NCBI GenBank assembly: GCA_027487835.1
Contig: JAIYCU010000020.1
Span: forward strand, 10,970-74,969
Direction: 5' to 3'
Source: Bacteroidota bacterium
Lineage (GTDB): Bacteria; Bacteroidota; Bacteroidia; UKL13-3
DNA: 64,000 nt
The translations under genes and the position numbers were made by a program. A model generated the notes under the pieces. The model made no database searches. It was not told the DNA's origin and was given only the letters and a program-made list of their open reading frames with translations. Positions 41,305 to 51,664 of the stretch are shown piece after piece (within the stretch, counting starts at the first letter, position 1; each line of letters opens with the position of its first letter).

Positions 41305-42078
41305 TTATGGATTTATTGTCCATTGGTGCAAATACGACAATGCGCTGTGTGCAGTAAGGTCAAAATGCACAGGAACAACAGAAGCATATCCATTTGTTAA
41401 GGCCCATTCGTCGGTATCTTCTCCTTTATCGAAATTTACAAATTTGCCAGTTAGCCAATAATAACTTTTTCCATTGGGGTCTTTTCTTTCGTCAAAATCT
41501 TCTTCCCATTTAGCCCAAGCTTGTCTGCAAATTTTCACACCCTTAAATTCTGTGGCTTCAAGTTTAGGGATATTTACATTGAGTAAAACGCCTTGTGGCA
41601 AGCCATTTGTTAGGATATTTTCTGCCACATTGCTGGCAATTTTTGCGGCCAATGAGAAATCTGCGTCAATTGAAAAATCGCATAGGCTAAAACCTACAGA
41701 TGGAATTCCTTCTATTCCTCCTTCAACTGCCGCGCTCATGGTGCCACTATATAAAATATTAATGGAGCTGTTTGAACCATGGTTGATACCTGATACCAGA
41801 AGGTCTGGCTTTCTATGCAATACCTTATCTACTGCAATTTTAACGCAATCTGCGGGTGTTCCGCTGCATTGATAGGCTGTAAGGGGTTCATATAAATTGC
41901 TTTTTTCTAAGCGTAAGGGTTTAGAAATGGTAACAGCATGACCCATGGCACTTTGTGGGCTATCTGGAGCAACTATTACTACCTCACCTAAATGCTGAAC
42001 CGCAGCAATTAAAGCTTTGATGCCGGGGGCGCCTATGCCGTCATCATTGGTTACTAATATTAAAGGTTTTTCTGTCAT
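41305..42078 (-). CDS. surE: 5'/3'-nucleotidase
   Basis: ILVTNDDG, SGTPADCV, SGINHG, YSGTMSAA. Confidence 0.97.
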   Translation of the reverse strand: MTEKPLILVTNDDGIGAPGIKALIAAVQHLGEVVIVAPDSPQSAMGHAVTISKPLRLEKSNLYEPLTAYQCSGTPADCVKIAVDKVLHRKPDLLVSGINHGSNSSINILYSGTMSAAVEGGIEGIPSVGFSLCDFSIDADFSLAAKIASNVAENILTNGLPQGVLLNVNIPKLEATEFKGVKICRQAWAKWEEDFDERKDPNGKSYYWLTGKFVNFDKGEDTDEWALTNGYASVVPVHFDLTAHSALSYLHQWTINP

Positions 42079-42083
42079 GTCAA

Positions 42084-43631
42084 TTAAAATGGTACTGATC
42101 CGCTAAAATCACCAGTATCTTCTTCGGTATTAAGTTTAGAGCTGATGGTAATAAAACCAGGGTTATCTGGGATAAGATTTGAACCAATATTGCTAAAGGC
42201 ATCCTCGTTTAAGTCGGTAAATTTAGTGAAGTCACTAATAAATCGAAGGCGAATATTTTCCAAGGCTCCATGTCTATTTTTGGCCATCATCACTTCTGCC
42301 TGTCCGGTAGTTGGTTCTCCATCTTCCCATTCTGCGAGTGAATAATATTCAGGTCTATAAATAAACATTACCATATCTGCATCTTGTTCAATGGATCCAG
42401 ATTCACGCAAGTCAGAAAGCATAGGCCTATTGGAACCGCCTGTTCTTCTTTCTGTCATACGACTCAACTGTGAAAGGGCAATAACGGGTACGTCTAGTTC
42501 TTTGGCAAGTGCTTTTAAGGACCTAGAAATAAAACTTACTTCTTGTTCGCGGTTTCCGTTCTTATTGTTCCCATCGTCTCCTCGCATGAGTTGAAGGTAA
42601 TCAATAAGCACCATTTGAATATTATTTTGTTGTTTGAGTCGGCGGCATTTTGCACGTAACTCAAATACTGATAGGGCAGGGGTATCATCAATAAAAATGG
42701 GCGCTTCGCTAAGTCGGGCAATTTTAGAATTAAGCTGAGCCCATTCATAGTCTTGTAATTCTCCTGTTCTTAGTTTATGTCCATGTATTTCGGCTTCGGC
42801 ACTAATCATCCTGCTTACCATTTGTTTATTACCCATTTCAAGGGAAAAAATAGCAATGGCTCTAGGCTTTTCGTCTGGGCCTAAACTCTCGAGGGATGCA
42901 TTTCTGGCGACGCTCAAGGCAAAGGCAGTTTTACCCATACCGGGTCTAGCTGCCACAATAATAAGGTCAGATTTTTGAAACCCAGAAGTCATTCTGTCTA
43001 GTTTAGCAAAGCCGGAAGGAACACCTGTAAATTTACCAGTTTTGTGTTTAAGTTCTTCGATGTCTTTTAAGGTATCAATGATTACCTTTTTCATGCTTTG
43101 CATAGCCTTTTTGATATTTCCTTGGGATAATTCAAAAAGTTTACGTTCGGCACTATCTAGTAAATCAAAGGCGTCTTTATCATCTTCAAAGGCTTCTGTT
43201 TGGATTTCGCCCGAAATTCGAATCAACTCACGTTGAAGGTATTTTTCGGCCACGATTCGGGCATGATAATCAATATTGGCAGCAGAGGCAATGCGATTAG
43301 TTAGTTGGGTAATATAAAAGGCTCCTCCAACAAGGTCTAGTTCTCCTCTCTTTCTAAGTTCAGCTGTAACCGTTAATATGTCGATTGGCTGGGCATTGAT
43401 TGCCAATTCTCGAATGGCTTTGTAAATAATGGCATGCGATTCTTTGTAGAAACTTTCGGGTAATAAAATCTCTCCAATTTGGGTAATAGCATGTTTCTCT
43501 AACATTAATGCCCCTAAAACCGCTTCCTCAAGCTCTAAGGCTTGTGGGGGTATTTTTGATCCTTCAAATTGATAATTAACTTGTTTGGTAAGGGGGGTCC
43601 TTTTCTTTGTGTTCGTTCTTTCTTCTGCCAT
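42084..43631 (-). CDS. dnaB: Replicative DNA helicase
   Basis: PPQALELEEAVLG, AARPGMGKTAF, FSLEM, IDYLQL, SDLRESGSIEQDAD. Confidence 0.99.
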   Translation of the reverse strand: MAEERTNTKKRTPLTKQVNYQFEGSKIPPQALELEEAVLGALMLEKHAITQIGEILLPESFYKESHAIIYKAIRELAINAQPIDILTVTAELRKRGELDLVGGAFYITQLTNRIASAANIDYHARIVAEKYLQRELIRISGEIQTEAFEDDKDAFDLLDSAERKLFELSQGNIKKAMQSMKKVIIDTLKDIEELKHKTGKFTGVPSGFAKLDRMTSGFQKSDLIIVAARPGMGKTAFALSVARNASLESLGPDEKPRAIAIFSLEMGNKQMVSRMISAEAEIHGHKLRTGELQDYEWAQLNSKIARLSEAPIFIDDTPALSVFELRAKCRRLKQQNNIQMVLIDYLQLMRGDDGNNKNGNREQEVSFISRSLKALAKELDVPVIALSQLSRMTERRTGGSNRPMLSDLRESGSIEQDADMVMFIYRPEYYSLAEWEDGEPTTGQAEVMMAKNRHGALENIRLRFISDFTKFTDLNEDAFSNIGSNLIPDNPGFITISSKLNTEEDTGDFSGSVPF

Positions 43632-43915
43632 AACTCTTTAACCGTGTCGGAAGATAGCAACTCGCCACCGATTTCTTTGTCTTATTTTTCTTATCAACAA
43701 GGAGGAAATTTGCAAGGAGAACTTGTTAATAACACCTTTCTTTTTTGTTAAAGCTTTGAGGTTCAAATCTAACTTTTCCACATAACAGATTTTGGGTCAA
43801 ACCTAATTAATTGAAAGCCATTCAAGGATTTGTCTTAGGCTTTTAGCAGTAGTTTTTTTTTCACAAAGATTGGGAATAATTAGGTTACTTCGTTTACTTT
43901 AAATTTAAGAAATAA

Positions 43916-44947
43916 GTGCCAGCAGATAGTTTAATGGATTATGAAAGATTGGTGGGAGATTTAAAAGCCAAAAGGTTTAAATCTATCTACCTTTTACATG
44001 GAGAGGAGTCATATTTTATCGATCAAATTATGGCTTACATAGAAACCTATGCCTTAACCGAAATGGAAAAAGCCTTTAATCAATCCATTTTGTATGCTAG
44101 AGATATCGAAATCAGTGCGGTAATAGAAAGTGCAAGACGCTATCCAATGATGGCCAATTACCAAGTTATTATACTTAAAGAGGCACAGTTTTATAAAAAG
44201 TTGGATGAGTTTGAGGCTTATTTTGAAAACCCTGTTCCCACCACCATTCTCGTAATTGCTGTAAAAGGCAAAAAAGTGGATGGTAGAAGTAGACTCTATA
44301 AATTGGCTCAGAAATATGCCTGTTTTGAGTCGAAAAAATTATATGAAGACAGCGAATTGCCGAAATGGATTAGGCAATACCTTAAAGAAAGAAAGAAAGA
44401 GATTTCTGATGCAAATTGCATGCTTATAGCCGACCATGTTGGGAGTGATTTATCTAAGGTTGCCAATGAATTAGATAAACTACTAATTAATACCGAAACT
44501 GAATCTGAAATTTCTGAAACTTTAATTGAACAACAAATTGGAATTAGTAAAGACTTTAACGTTTTTGAATTGATGTCGGCACTTGCCCACCGCAATGCTA
44601 AACGAGTATTTTATATTAACTACCATTTTAGTAATAATAAAGAGTTTTCCATTATTCCATTGCTTACGCAGTTTAATAGCTTTTTTATGAAGGCCGTTAT
44701 TATGAAGCAACAAAATATTAGAGATCAAAAATCTATGGCAGCTATGGGGGTTAGATTTCCGCAGGCTAGAGATTATGAAAAATTATTGGCTAATTATGGC
44801 ATTCTTGAATTAGAAAAAATCATGGCACTAATTGCAGAATATGACCTTAAAAGCAAGGGTTTTAATCAGAATAAGGTTGAAGATAGTGAGTTAATGAAAG
44901 AGCTTTTATTTAAAATACTTTACAGACCGCAACTGGAACCAATGTAA
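43916..44947 (+). CDS. holA: DNA polymerase III delta subunit
   Basis: IYLLHGEESYFID, AFNQ..LY, RYPMMA, GISKDFNVFEL. Confidence 0.93.
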   Translation: MPADSLMDYERLVGDLKAKRFKSIYLLHGEESYFIDQIMAYIETYALTEMEKAFNQSILYARDIEISAVIESARRYPMMANYQVIILKEAQFYKKLDEFEAYFENPVPTTILVIAVKGKKVDGRSRLYKLAQKYACFESKKLYEDSELPKWIRQYLKERKKEISDANCMLIADHVGSDLSKVANELDKLLINTETESEISETLIEQQIGISKDFNVFELMSALAHRNAKRVFYINYHFSNNKEFSIIPLLTQFNSFFMKAVIMKQQNIRDQKSMAAMGVRFPQARDYEKLLANYGILELEKIMALIAEYDLKSKGFNQNKVEDSELMKELLFKILYRPQLEPM

Positions 44948-44962
44948 ACAATTTGAAAGGGA

Positions 44963-44993
44963 TTTGCATTTTTTAGTTAAATCCCTACTTTTG
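44963..44993 (+). promoter_or_regulatory. Bacteroidota sigma-A promoter
   Basis: TTTG (44963) - 19 nt - TACTTTTG (44986). Confidence 0.7.
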
Positions 44994-45028
44994 ACAAAAC
45001 AAGCTTAATAACCTTAAATTAATATACA

Positions 45029-46894
45029 ATGAAAAAAATCTACTTATTGGCCCTTACAGCCCTTTCAGGTTTTGCTTTTGCGCAGACGCCGAAAGTTCTT
45101 AACGGACCTAATGTGGCGCGTCAGGCATCAAAAGTAACGGAAGCAGAACAAGCTGCTCCAGCCAAATCTTTCCCAAAATCAGATTTTACTTACCGTACCT
45201 TAGGTAAAAAATCGTTTTTGAGCAAAGTGGGTGAAACCCAAAACGACCAACAAACAAATTCTTCTATTTATCGTCGCGTGCAATTATTGCCTAACGGAAA
45301 AGTTTCTTTAACTTGGACAACTAGTAGCGATCCAGCTCCTTACGCAACTCGCGGTGCGGGTTACAATCATTTTAATGGTTCTGCTTGGGGTCAAGTTTCA
45401 GCTAATCGTATTGATGTTGAAAGATCAGGTTTCCCTTGCTACGTTTATAACCCAACTACCAACGAAGAAATCATTACTTCACATATTGTAAAACAAGGTA
45501 CAGGTAATGCAGGTGGTATTTTAATGAACCGTAAAGCAGGCGTTGGTCCTGGTACTTGGACTTCAACTACTGTTCTTGATACCGTTGCAACTGTTCCTGG
45601 TTTATTATGGGCACAAACTGCAATTACGGGTGATTTTATGATTGTAATTGGTTCATACACTGATTCATCAGAAACACAACCAAACCGTGTGGTTAAAAAT
45701 GGCGTTCGCACACCTCAGGTATACTCACGCTACCAATTTAGCACAAACACCTGGTTAGTTAAAAACGCGTGTTTACCTGGATATGATAACACACGCTATT
45801 ATGCAGGTGGTGGCGATAACTATAGCATTGATGCAAATGGTTCAAACGTTGCCATCCTTATTGGAGGCTTAACAGATGATTTAACATTATACAAATCTAC
45901 TGATGCTGGTGCTACTTGGGGAAAAACAATTATTGACTCTTTCCCAGTTCCAGCTTACGATTACAAAACTTTATTTGATACTTCATTTACCAATGACGGT
46001 TCTGTACACGTAACTTTAGACAATGGTGGTAAAGCACATTGTTTCTGGTCTAGAGCTCGAGTTCTAGATGCAAATACAGATGATAACAATGTTACTTATT
46101 TCCCTGGTCAAAATGCAATTTTCTATTGGAATGATGCAATGGCTGTTGCAGATGCAAAAAACATTGCAGGAATGCCTGATGAAAACAATAATAATGCGTT
46201 AGATTTAGCTACTTCTTGGAATGAAACCGGCGCCCGTTATGGTAACCACTCAATTCCAACCATGCCATATGCGGCTATTTCTGATAATGGAATTATCTAT
46301 CTTACTTATTCTTCTTTAACTGAAGATGATATCAGTACAGATAGCAAAAATTTCCGCGATGTTTATTGCACTTATTCTGCTGATGGTGGTAATACTTGGA
46401 GTGGCATTGCAAACCTTACAGGCTGGATTGGCTTGAACTACGAGCAAGTTTTCCCTTCAGTATCTAAGAAAATGGATGGTCGTTTACACCTAACTTTCTT
46501 ACAAAAAACAACCATCGGACGTTACGATGCCACCAACAACCCTGGTGCTGCCGGAACGCATGATGTTATGTACATGGTAATTGACACAGCAGACATTACC
46601 AATGGTCTTGTATCTGTGGCTTCATACAAAAATGAATTGTTTACTGTTGGTCAAAATTATCCAAATCCATTCTCTGCAACTACAAGTATCCCTGTTAGCT
46701 TTAAGCAAAATACAGATGCTTCTATTAGCATTGTAGATGTAACAGGTAAGTTAGTTTACAACCAAGCTTACGAAAATATTCCTGCTGGAAGCGCAGATAT
46801 TGAAGTTAGCTTAACCAATATCAAAACAGGTATCTATTTCTACACCGTAGAAGCTGAAGGTATCAAAGTAACTCGTAAAATGATCGTTGAGTAA
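45029..46894 (+). CDS. Secreted T9SS type A sorting domain protein (beta-rich, Asp-box-like motifs)
   Basis: Signal peptide AFAQ; STDAGATW and SADGGNTW Asp-box-like motifs; QNYPNPF...GIYFY...TRKMIVE CTD. Confidence 0.88.
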   Translation: MKKIYLLALTALSGFAFAQTPKVLNGPNVARQASKVTEAEQAAPAKSFPKSDFTYRTLGKKSFLSKVGETQNDQQTNSSIYRRVQLLPNGKVSLTWTTSSDPAPYATRGAGYNHFNGSAWGQVSANRIDVERSGFPCYVYNPTTNEEIITSHIVKQGTGNAGGILMNRKAGVGPGTWTSTTVLDTVATVPGLLWAQTAITGDFMIVIGSYTDSSETQPNRVVKNGVRTPQVYSRYQFSTNTWLVKNACLPGYDNTRYYAGGGDNYSIDANGSNVAILIGGLTDDLTLYKSTDAGATWGKTIIDSFPVPAYDYKTLFDTSFTNDGSVHVTLDNGGKAHCFWSRARVLDANTDDNNVTYFPGQNAIFYWNDAMAVADAKNIAGMPDENNNNALDLATSWNETGARYGNHSIPTMPYAAISDNGIIYLTYSSLTEDDISTDSKNFRDVYCTYSADGGNTWSGIANLTGWIGLNYEQVFPSVSKKMDGRLHLTFLQKTTIGRYDATNNPGAAGTHDVMYMVIDTADITNGLVSVASYKNELFTVGQNYPNPFSATTSIPVSFKQNTDASISIVDVTGKLVYNQAYENIPAGSADIEVSLTNIKTGIYFYTVEAEGIKVTRKMIVE

Positions 46895-46913
46895 TATCAT
46901 TGATTATATTCTT

Positions 46914-46942
46914 AAAAAAGGCAACCTTTGGTTGCCTTTTTT
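46914..46942 (+). terminator. Rho-independent terminator
   Basis: aaaaaaggcaacc-ttt-ggttgcctttttt. Confidence 0.85.
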
Positions 46943-46953
46943 ATTTTATCAAA

Positions 46954-47940
46954 ATGCGAAATCATCAAGAATCACTTCGTGTCCAGTCATGGGTGCTTAT
47001 CATTGGCTTACTGTTAATGATTGTAAAGTTTGCCACGCACATTATTACGGGTAGTAACGCAATACTAAGCGATGCGCTAGAATCGATTATCAATGTGGCC
47101 GCAGGTGCTTTTGCTTTATATAGTATTCGTTTGGCAGGCCGACCCAAAGATTTAAATCATCCATATGGCCATGGTAAAATTGAATTTGTTTCTGTAGGTT
47201 TTGAAGGCGGATTGATTGTATTGGCAGCCATTTATATTTTGTTCGAAGCAGTCCATTCTTTTATTGTTCCCAACCAAATTAAATCCTTAGACATTGGGAT
47301 TTGGCTAACCTTGGGTTCGGGCATTGTAAACCTTATTTTAGCACTCGTTTTAATGCACTTTGGTAAGAAAAATAATTCCAATGCCATGGTGGCAGATGGG
47401 AACCATTTGCTAACCGATACTTACACCTCTGTAGGTTTAATTGTAGGCTTAGGCTTGGTTTATTTTACAGGCTTGGTTTGGATTGATGCCTTTGTTGCAT
47501 TACTAATGGGTGCGTTTATATTGGTTACCGGACTTAAATTAATAAGACATTCTCTTTCTGGATTATTAGATGAGACGGATGAAGTCATTATTAAAGATAT
47601 TTTGGTTTCTTTAAACAAAGCAAGAAAGCCAGAATGGGTAGATGTTCATAACCTTCGCGTGGTTAAACATGGGGCTAATTATCATATCGATGCACACGTT
47701 ACCTTGCCATGGTATTGGTCGCTTGAAAGAGCCCATGAGGAGTTACACCAAATGGAACATATTATTGATGCTCAATTCCCTAATGAAACCGAACTCTTTA
47801 TTCATGCAGATCCTTGTATCCCTAGCTCTTGCCAAGTTTGTATTTTGGCAAATTGTCCTGAACGCAAAGCCGATTTCTCGCAACAAATAAAATGGGATAT
47901 TGCCTCAATTACCAATAACAAGAAACACCAACTTAATTGA
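46954..47940 (+). CDS. Cation diffusion facilitator transporter
   Basis: SDALESIIN, HPYGHGKIE, ADGNHLLTD, HADPC Cys-rich tail. Confidence 0.93.
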   Translation: MRNHQESLRVQSWVLIIGLLLMIVKFATHIITGSNAILSDALESIINVAAGAFALYSIRLAGRPKDLNHPYGHGKIEFVSVGFEGGLIVLAAIYILFEAVHSFIVPNQIKSLDIGIWLTLGSGIVNLILALVLMHFGKKNNSNAMVADGNHLLTDTYTSVGLIVGLGLVYFTGLVWIDAFVALLMGAFILVTGLKLIRHSLSGLLDETDEVIIKDILVSLNKARKPEWVDVHNLRVVKHGANYHIDAHVTLPWYWSLERAHEELHQMEHIIDAQFPNETELFIHADPCIPSSCQVCILANCPERKADFSQQIKWDIASITNNKKHQLN

Positions 47941-49333
47941 AAATTTTACCTGGGTTCAAAATTCCTTTTGGGTCAAAGGCTTCCTTAATTCGTTTCATTA
48001 AGTCTAATTGAAATTGGGGCATTACAACCGACATGAATTTTTGTTGAACCAATCCAATGCCATGTTCTCCGCTAATGGTGCCTTTAAGCTTTTTACAGAG
48101 TTCAAATATCTCAATAATGGCTTGGTTTATTTCGGTATTCCAAAAGTCGTCACTTAATTGGTCTTTTAAGATATTTACATGCAAGTTACCATCACCTGCA
48201 TGCCCATAACATATGGTTCTAAAACCATATCTATTGGCAATTTCTTTCACCCCTTCAAACAGTTCTGGTAATTCTGCTCTAGGTACTACTGTGTCTTCCT
48301 CTTTATATACATTGTTGTGCTTGGTGGCTTCGCCAATGCTCCGTCGTAGTTTCCAATAGTATTCTTTTTGGGCAGCCGTTTCTGCCAACAAAACATCTAA
48401 GGCCTGATGATTATACAATACCTCACTAATTGTTTCACATTCATTCATCATGGCTTGATAATCGTTGCCATCTACTTCTATCAATAAATAAGCTCCTACC
48501 TCATCTGCAATGGGAAAAGGAATGTTCAATAAATCAGCGGCCAATCTAAATCCATCTGGTTCTATAAACTCACATGCCGATGGGTTAGCTCCTGCCCTAA
48601 AAATGCCGCTTACGGCTTCGCAAGCCTTTGCTGGCGAGGCAAAAGGGGCAAATAATAAAAGTGTATTTTTGGGTAAAGGCAATACCTTTAAAACCATTTT
48701 TGTTACCACACCCAAAGTGCCTTCGCTGCCAATCATTAATTGGGTTAGGTTATAACCTGTTGAGTACTTCAAGGTATTTGCACCTGTTTCTAAGATTTCG
48801 CCAGTGGCTAACACCACTTCTAGGTTCAAAACGTAATCTCTAGTGGTGCCATATTTTACCGCTCTTGGTCCGCCACTGCTGTGTGCAACATTTCCCCCCA
48901 AAAAGCATGAACCTTTGCTGGCAGGGTCTGGTGGGTAAAATAAACCAATTTCTTTTAGCACATTTTGTAAGGCCTCATTTATTACACCTGGCTCTATATG
49001 TACTTGGAAATTTCTTTCATCTATTTCCAAAATCTTATTAAATCTTACCATGCTTAAACTAACGCCACCCATCACTGGTAAAGCGCCCCCACTGAGTCCA
49101 GTGCCCGCTCCGCGAGGTGTCACGCAAATGTTTTGCGAATTACAATACATTAAAATTGCGGCAACATCTTCGCGTGTTCCTGGTTTTAGTACCACTTCTG
49201 GGTAATAACATAAATCCTCTGTATAATCCCTTGAATGGGCCGCTAAATCTGATGGCTCGGCAAGTACATTTCCGGGGCCAAGTAAGCCGCTAAAGTAATT
49301 TATATCGGTTGGGTCTACCTTTTTAAATGTCAT
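47933..49333 (-). CDS. FAD-linked oxidase (GlcD/D-lactate dehydrogenase family)
   Basis: PRGAGTGLSGG, YPPDPAS, GSEGTLG, GHAGDGNLH, SGEHGIG, DPKGILNPGK. Confidence 0.93.
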   Translation of the reverse strand: MTFKKVDPTDINYFSGLLGPGNVLAEPSDLAAHSRDYTEDLCYYPEVVLKPGTREDVAAILMYCNSQNICVTPRGAGTGLSGGALPVMGGVSLSMVRFNKILEIDERNFQVHIEPGVINEALQNVLKEIGLFYPPDPASKGSCFLGGNVAHSSGGPRAVKYGTTRDYVLNLEVVLATGEILETGANTLKYSTGYNLTQLMIGSEGTLGVVTKMVLKVLPLPKNTLLLFAPFASPAKACEAVSGIFRAGANPSACEFIEPDGFRLAADLLNIPFPIADEVGAYLLIEVDGNDYQAMMNECETISEVLYNHQALDVLLAETAAQKEYYWKLRRSIGEATKHNNVYKEEDTVVPRAELPELFEGVKEIANRYGFRTICYGHAGDGNLHVNILKDQLSDDFWNTEINQAIIEIFELCKKLKGTISGEHGIGLVQQKFMSVVMPQFQLDLMKRIKEAFDPKGILNPGKIFN

Positions 49334-49381
49334 GGTTCAAATATGCTTATTTTTTTATTAGGTTTGAACCAAACATAGATT

Positions 49382-51553
49382 ATGAAAAAACAATTTATAC
49401 TAATCGTTTTTACTTTATTATTTGCATTTGGGTCAAACAGCCAAACTAAAATAACTTTAGAAGATATATGGACCAAAGGAACTTTTTCTGCCCGCGGCGT
49501 AGCTGGTTTTAACTCTTTGAAAGATGGTAGATACTATTGTAATTTAGATGATGAACAAAATCTCTTGCGTTATGCTTTTGCAAGCGGAAGGGTAGTAGAT
49601 ACCTTGGTTAAGATTAGTGAGGTGAAAAAAGCAAATGGCGGTTTGAACCTAAGTATTAGTAATTTTAGTTTTAGCGAAGATGAATCTAAACTTTTGATTG
49701 CAACTGAAACAGAAGCAATTTACAGACATAGTAGTCAGAGTATTTTTTATGTGTTTGATTTGCAAAAGAAAACCTTACTAAACCCAATAAAAGATAAGGT
49801 GCGTTATGCCACACTTTCGTCAGATGCGTCTAAGCTTGCCTTTGTAAGAAACAATGATTTGTATTACTATGATTTTAGGTTGAACCAAGAGTTTAGAATT
49901 ACCAAGGATGGAAAAGATAATGAGGTGATAAATGGTGCAACTGATTGGGTGTACGAAGAAGAGTTTGCCATTTGGAAAGGATTTTCTTGGAATGGAAGTG
50001 GCGATAAAATTGCCTTTTATCGGTTTGATGAAAGCAAGGTGCCACAGTTTGAAATGACCATGTATGGAACCTTATATCCTAAACAAGATAAGTTTAAATA
50101 TCCTAAAGCTGGCGAAGCCAATTCTTTGGTAAATATTTTTGTATATGACCTGAAAACAGAATTGATTACTGAGATTGAAACTGGAAAAGAAACAGATATT
50201 TATTTGCCGCGTATGCAATGGACTCAAAACAACGAGGTGCTTTGTGTGCAAAGATTAAACCGTCTTCAAAATAAATTAGAGTTGCTTTTGGCTGATGCAA
50301 AAAATGGCAAATCAAAAGTAATTTATACAGAAACCAACCCATATTATATAGATATTACCGATAACTTAACTTTTTTAAATGATGGGAAGTCCTTTGTGTT
50401 TACAAGCGAACGTGATGGGTTCAACCATATTTATCTTTTTGATTTGAATGGCAAACTTCAAAAGCAATTAACCAAAGGCAATTATGATGTAGATGAGTTT
50501 TTAGGGGTAGATGCCAAAAATAAAATGGTTTACTATTCTTCATCTGAAGTGAATGCTGCCGAACGCTATATTTATGCTATTGGATTGAATGGAAAAAATA
50601 AGGCGAAGTTGAGCAATGGAAAAGGCTGGCATAATGCCTACTTTAATTCAGATTACTCTTTCTACCTAGATGTGTTTAGCGATATCAATACACCTCCAGT
50701 ATATGCTTTGTTGAACCGAAAAGGCGAAACAGTAAGAGTGTTAGAAGATAACAATGCCTTGCGTGAAAAATTAAAATCTTACCAAATTGCAAAAGCAAGC
50801 TTTGCTGAGATGCAAAATGAAGTAGGCGATAATATGAACTATTTTAGCATTTTACCTAGCCAGTTTGATAGCACAAAAAAATATCCTGTTTTAATGTACG
50901 TGTATGGGGGTCCGGGTAGCCAAACAGTGATGAATCGCTGGAGTGGGGCCAATTATTTTTGGTATCAACATTTGGCGCAACAAGGGTACATCATTGTTTC
51001 GGTAGATGGCAGAGGTACTGGTTTTAAAGGCGAGAAGTTTAAAAAATGCACTTATCTTAACTTGGGTAAGTTTGAAATAGAAGACCAAATTTATGCAGCC
51101 AAGCAGTTGGCACAACTTCCTTTTGTAGATGCAAACCGTATAGGCATTTGGGGTTGGAGTTTTGGCGGTTATATGGCAGGCCTAGGCATAAGCAAAGGAA
51201 ACGATGTTTTTAAAGCAGCCATATCTGTGGCACCTGTAACCAATTGGCGCTATTATGATAATATTTATACAGAGCGTTTTATGCGCACCCCACAAGAAAA
51301 CGGTAAAAATTACGACGACAATTCACCGATGAATCATGTAGAGAAAATCAAAGGTAATTATCTCATTATACACGGTACTGCAGACGATAATGTGCATTTT
51401 CAGAATGCAGTAGAGATGGTTGACCAAATGATTAAAAAGGGTGTTAGGTTCGACTCTGAATTTTATCCTAATAAAAACCATGGCATCGGCGGCTCAAGGG
51501 TAAGGCTTCATTTATATGAAAGAATGACAAGGTTTTTGGTTGAGAAGTTGTAA
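49382..51553 (+). CDS. Dipeptidyl peptidase IV (S9B)
   Basis: DWVYEEE, YPKAG, GWSFGG nucleophile, HGTADDNVHFQ, NH. Confidence 0.95.
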   Translation: MKKQFILIVFTLLFAFGSNSQTKITLEDIWTKGTFSARGVAGFNSLKDGRYYCNLDDEQNLLRYAFASGRVVDTLVKISEVKKANGGLNLSISNFSFSEDESKLLIATETEAIYRHSSQSIFYVFDLQKKTLLNPIKDKVRYATLSSDASKLAFVRNNDLYYYDFRLNQEFRITKDGKDNEVINGATDWVYEEEFAIWKGFSWNGSGDKIAFYRFDESKVPQFEMTMYGTLYPKQDKFKYPKAGEANSLVNIFVYDLKTELITEIETGKETDIYLPRMQWTQNNEVLCVQRLNRLQNKLELLLADAKNGKSKVIYTETNPYYIDITDNLTFLNDGKSFVFTSERDGFNHIYLFDLNGKLQKQLTKGNYDVDEFLGVDAKNKMVYYSSSEVNAAERYIYAIGLNGKNKAKLSNGKGWHNAYFNSDYSFYLDVFSDINTPPVYALLNRKGETVRVLEDNNALREKLKSYQIAKASFAEMQNEVGDNMNYFSILPSQFDSTKKYPVLMYVYGGPGSQTVMNRWSGANYFWYQHLAQQGYIIVSVDGRGTGFKGEKFKKCTYLNLGKFEIEDQIYAAKQLAQLPFVDANRIGIWGWSFGGYMAGLGISKGNDVFKAAISVAPVTNWRYYDNIYTERFMRTPQENGKNYDDNSPMNHVEKIKGNYLIIHGTADDNVHFQNAVEMVDQMIKKGVRFDSEFYPNKNHGIGGSRVRLHLYERMTRFLVEKL

Positions 51554-51556
51554 GGA

Positions 51557-51580
51557 GACCATAGTCCATGGACTATGGTC
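51557..51580. repeat. Perfect 24-bp palindrome
   Basis: GACCATAGTCCA|TGGACTATGGTC. Confidence 0.9.
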
Positions 51581-51664
51581 AATATCTTAAGTGGATATTA
51601 AGAGTGTACTCTTTTTTTTAACTATATCTTCGTATTGTATTTAACCACCATAAAATTAAACGCC

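Noticed and set aside
42084..43631. Intein in DnaB
   Set aside because: Length 515 aa is normal; only a short insertion (ESLGPDEKP) and no intein terminal motifs
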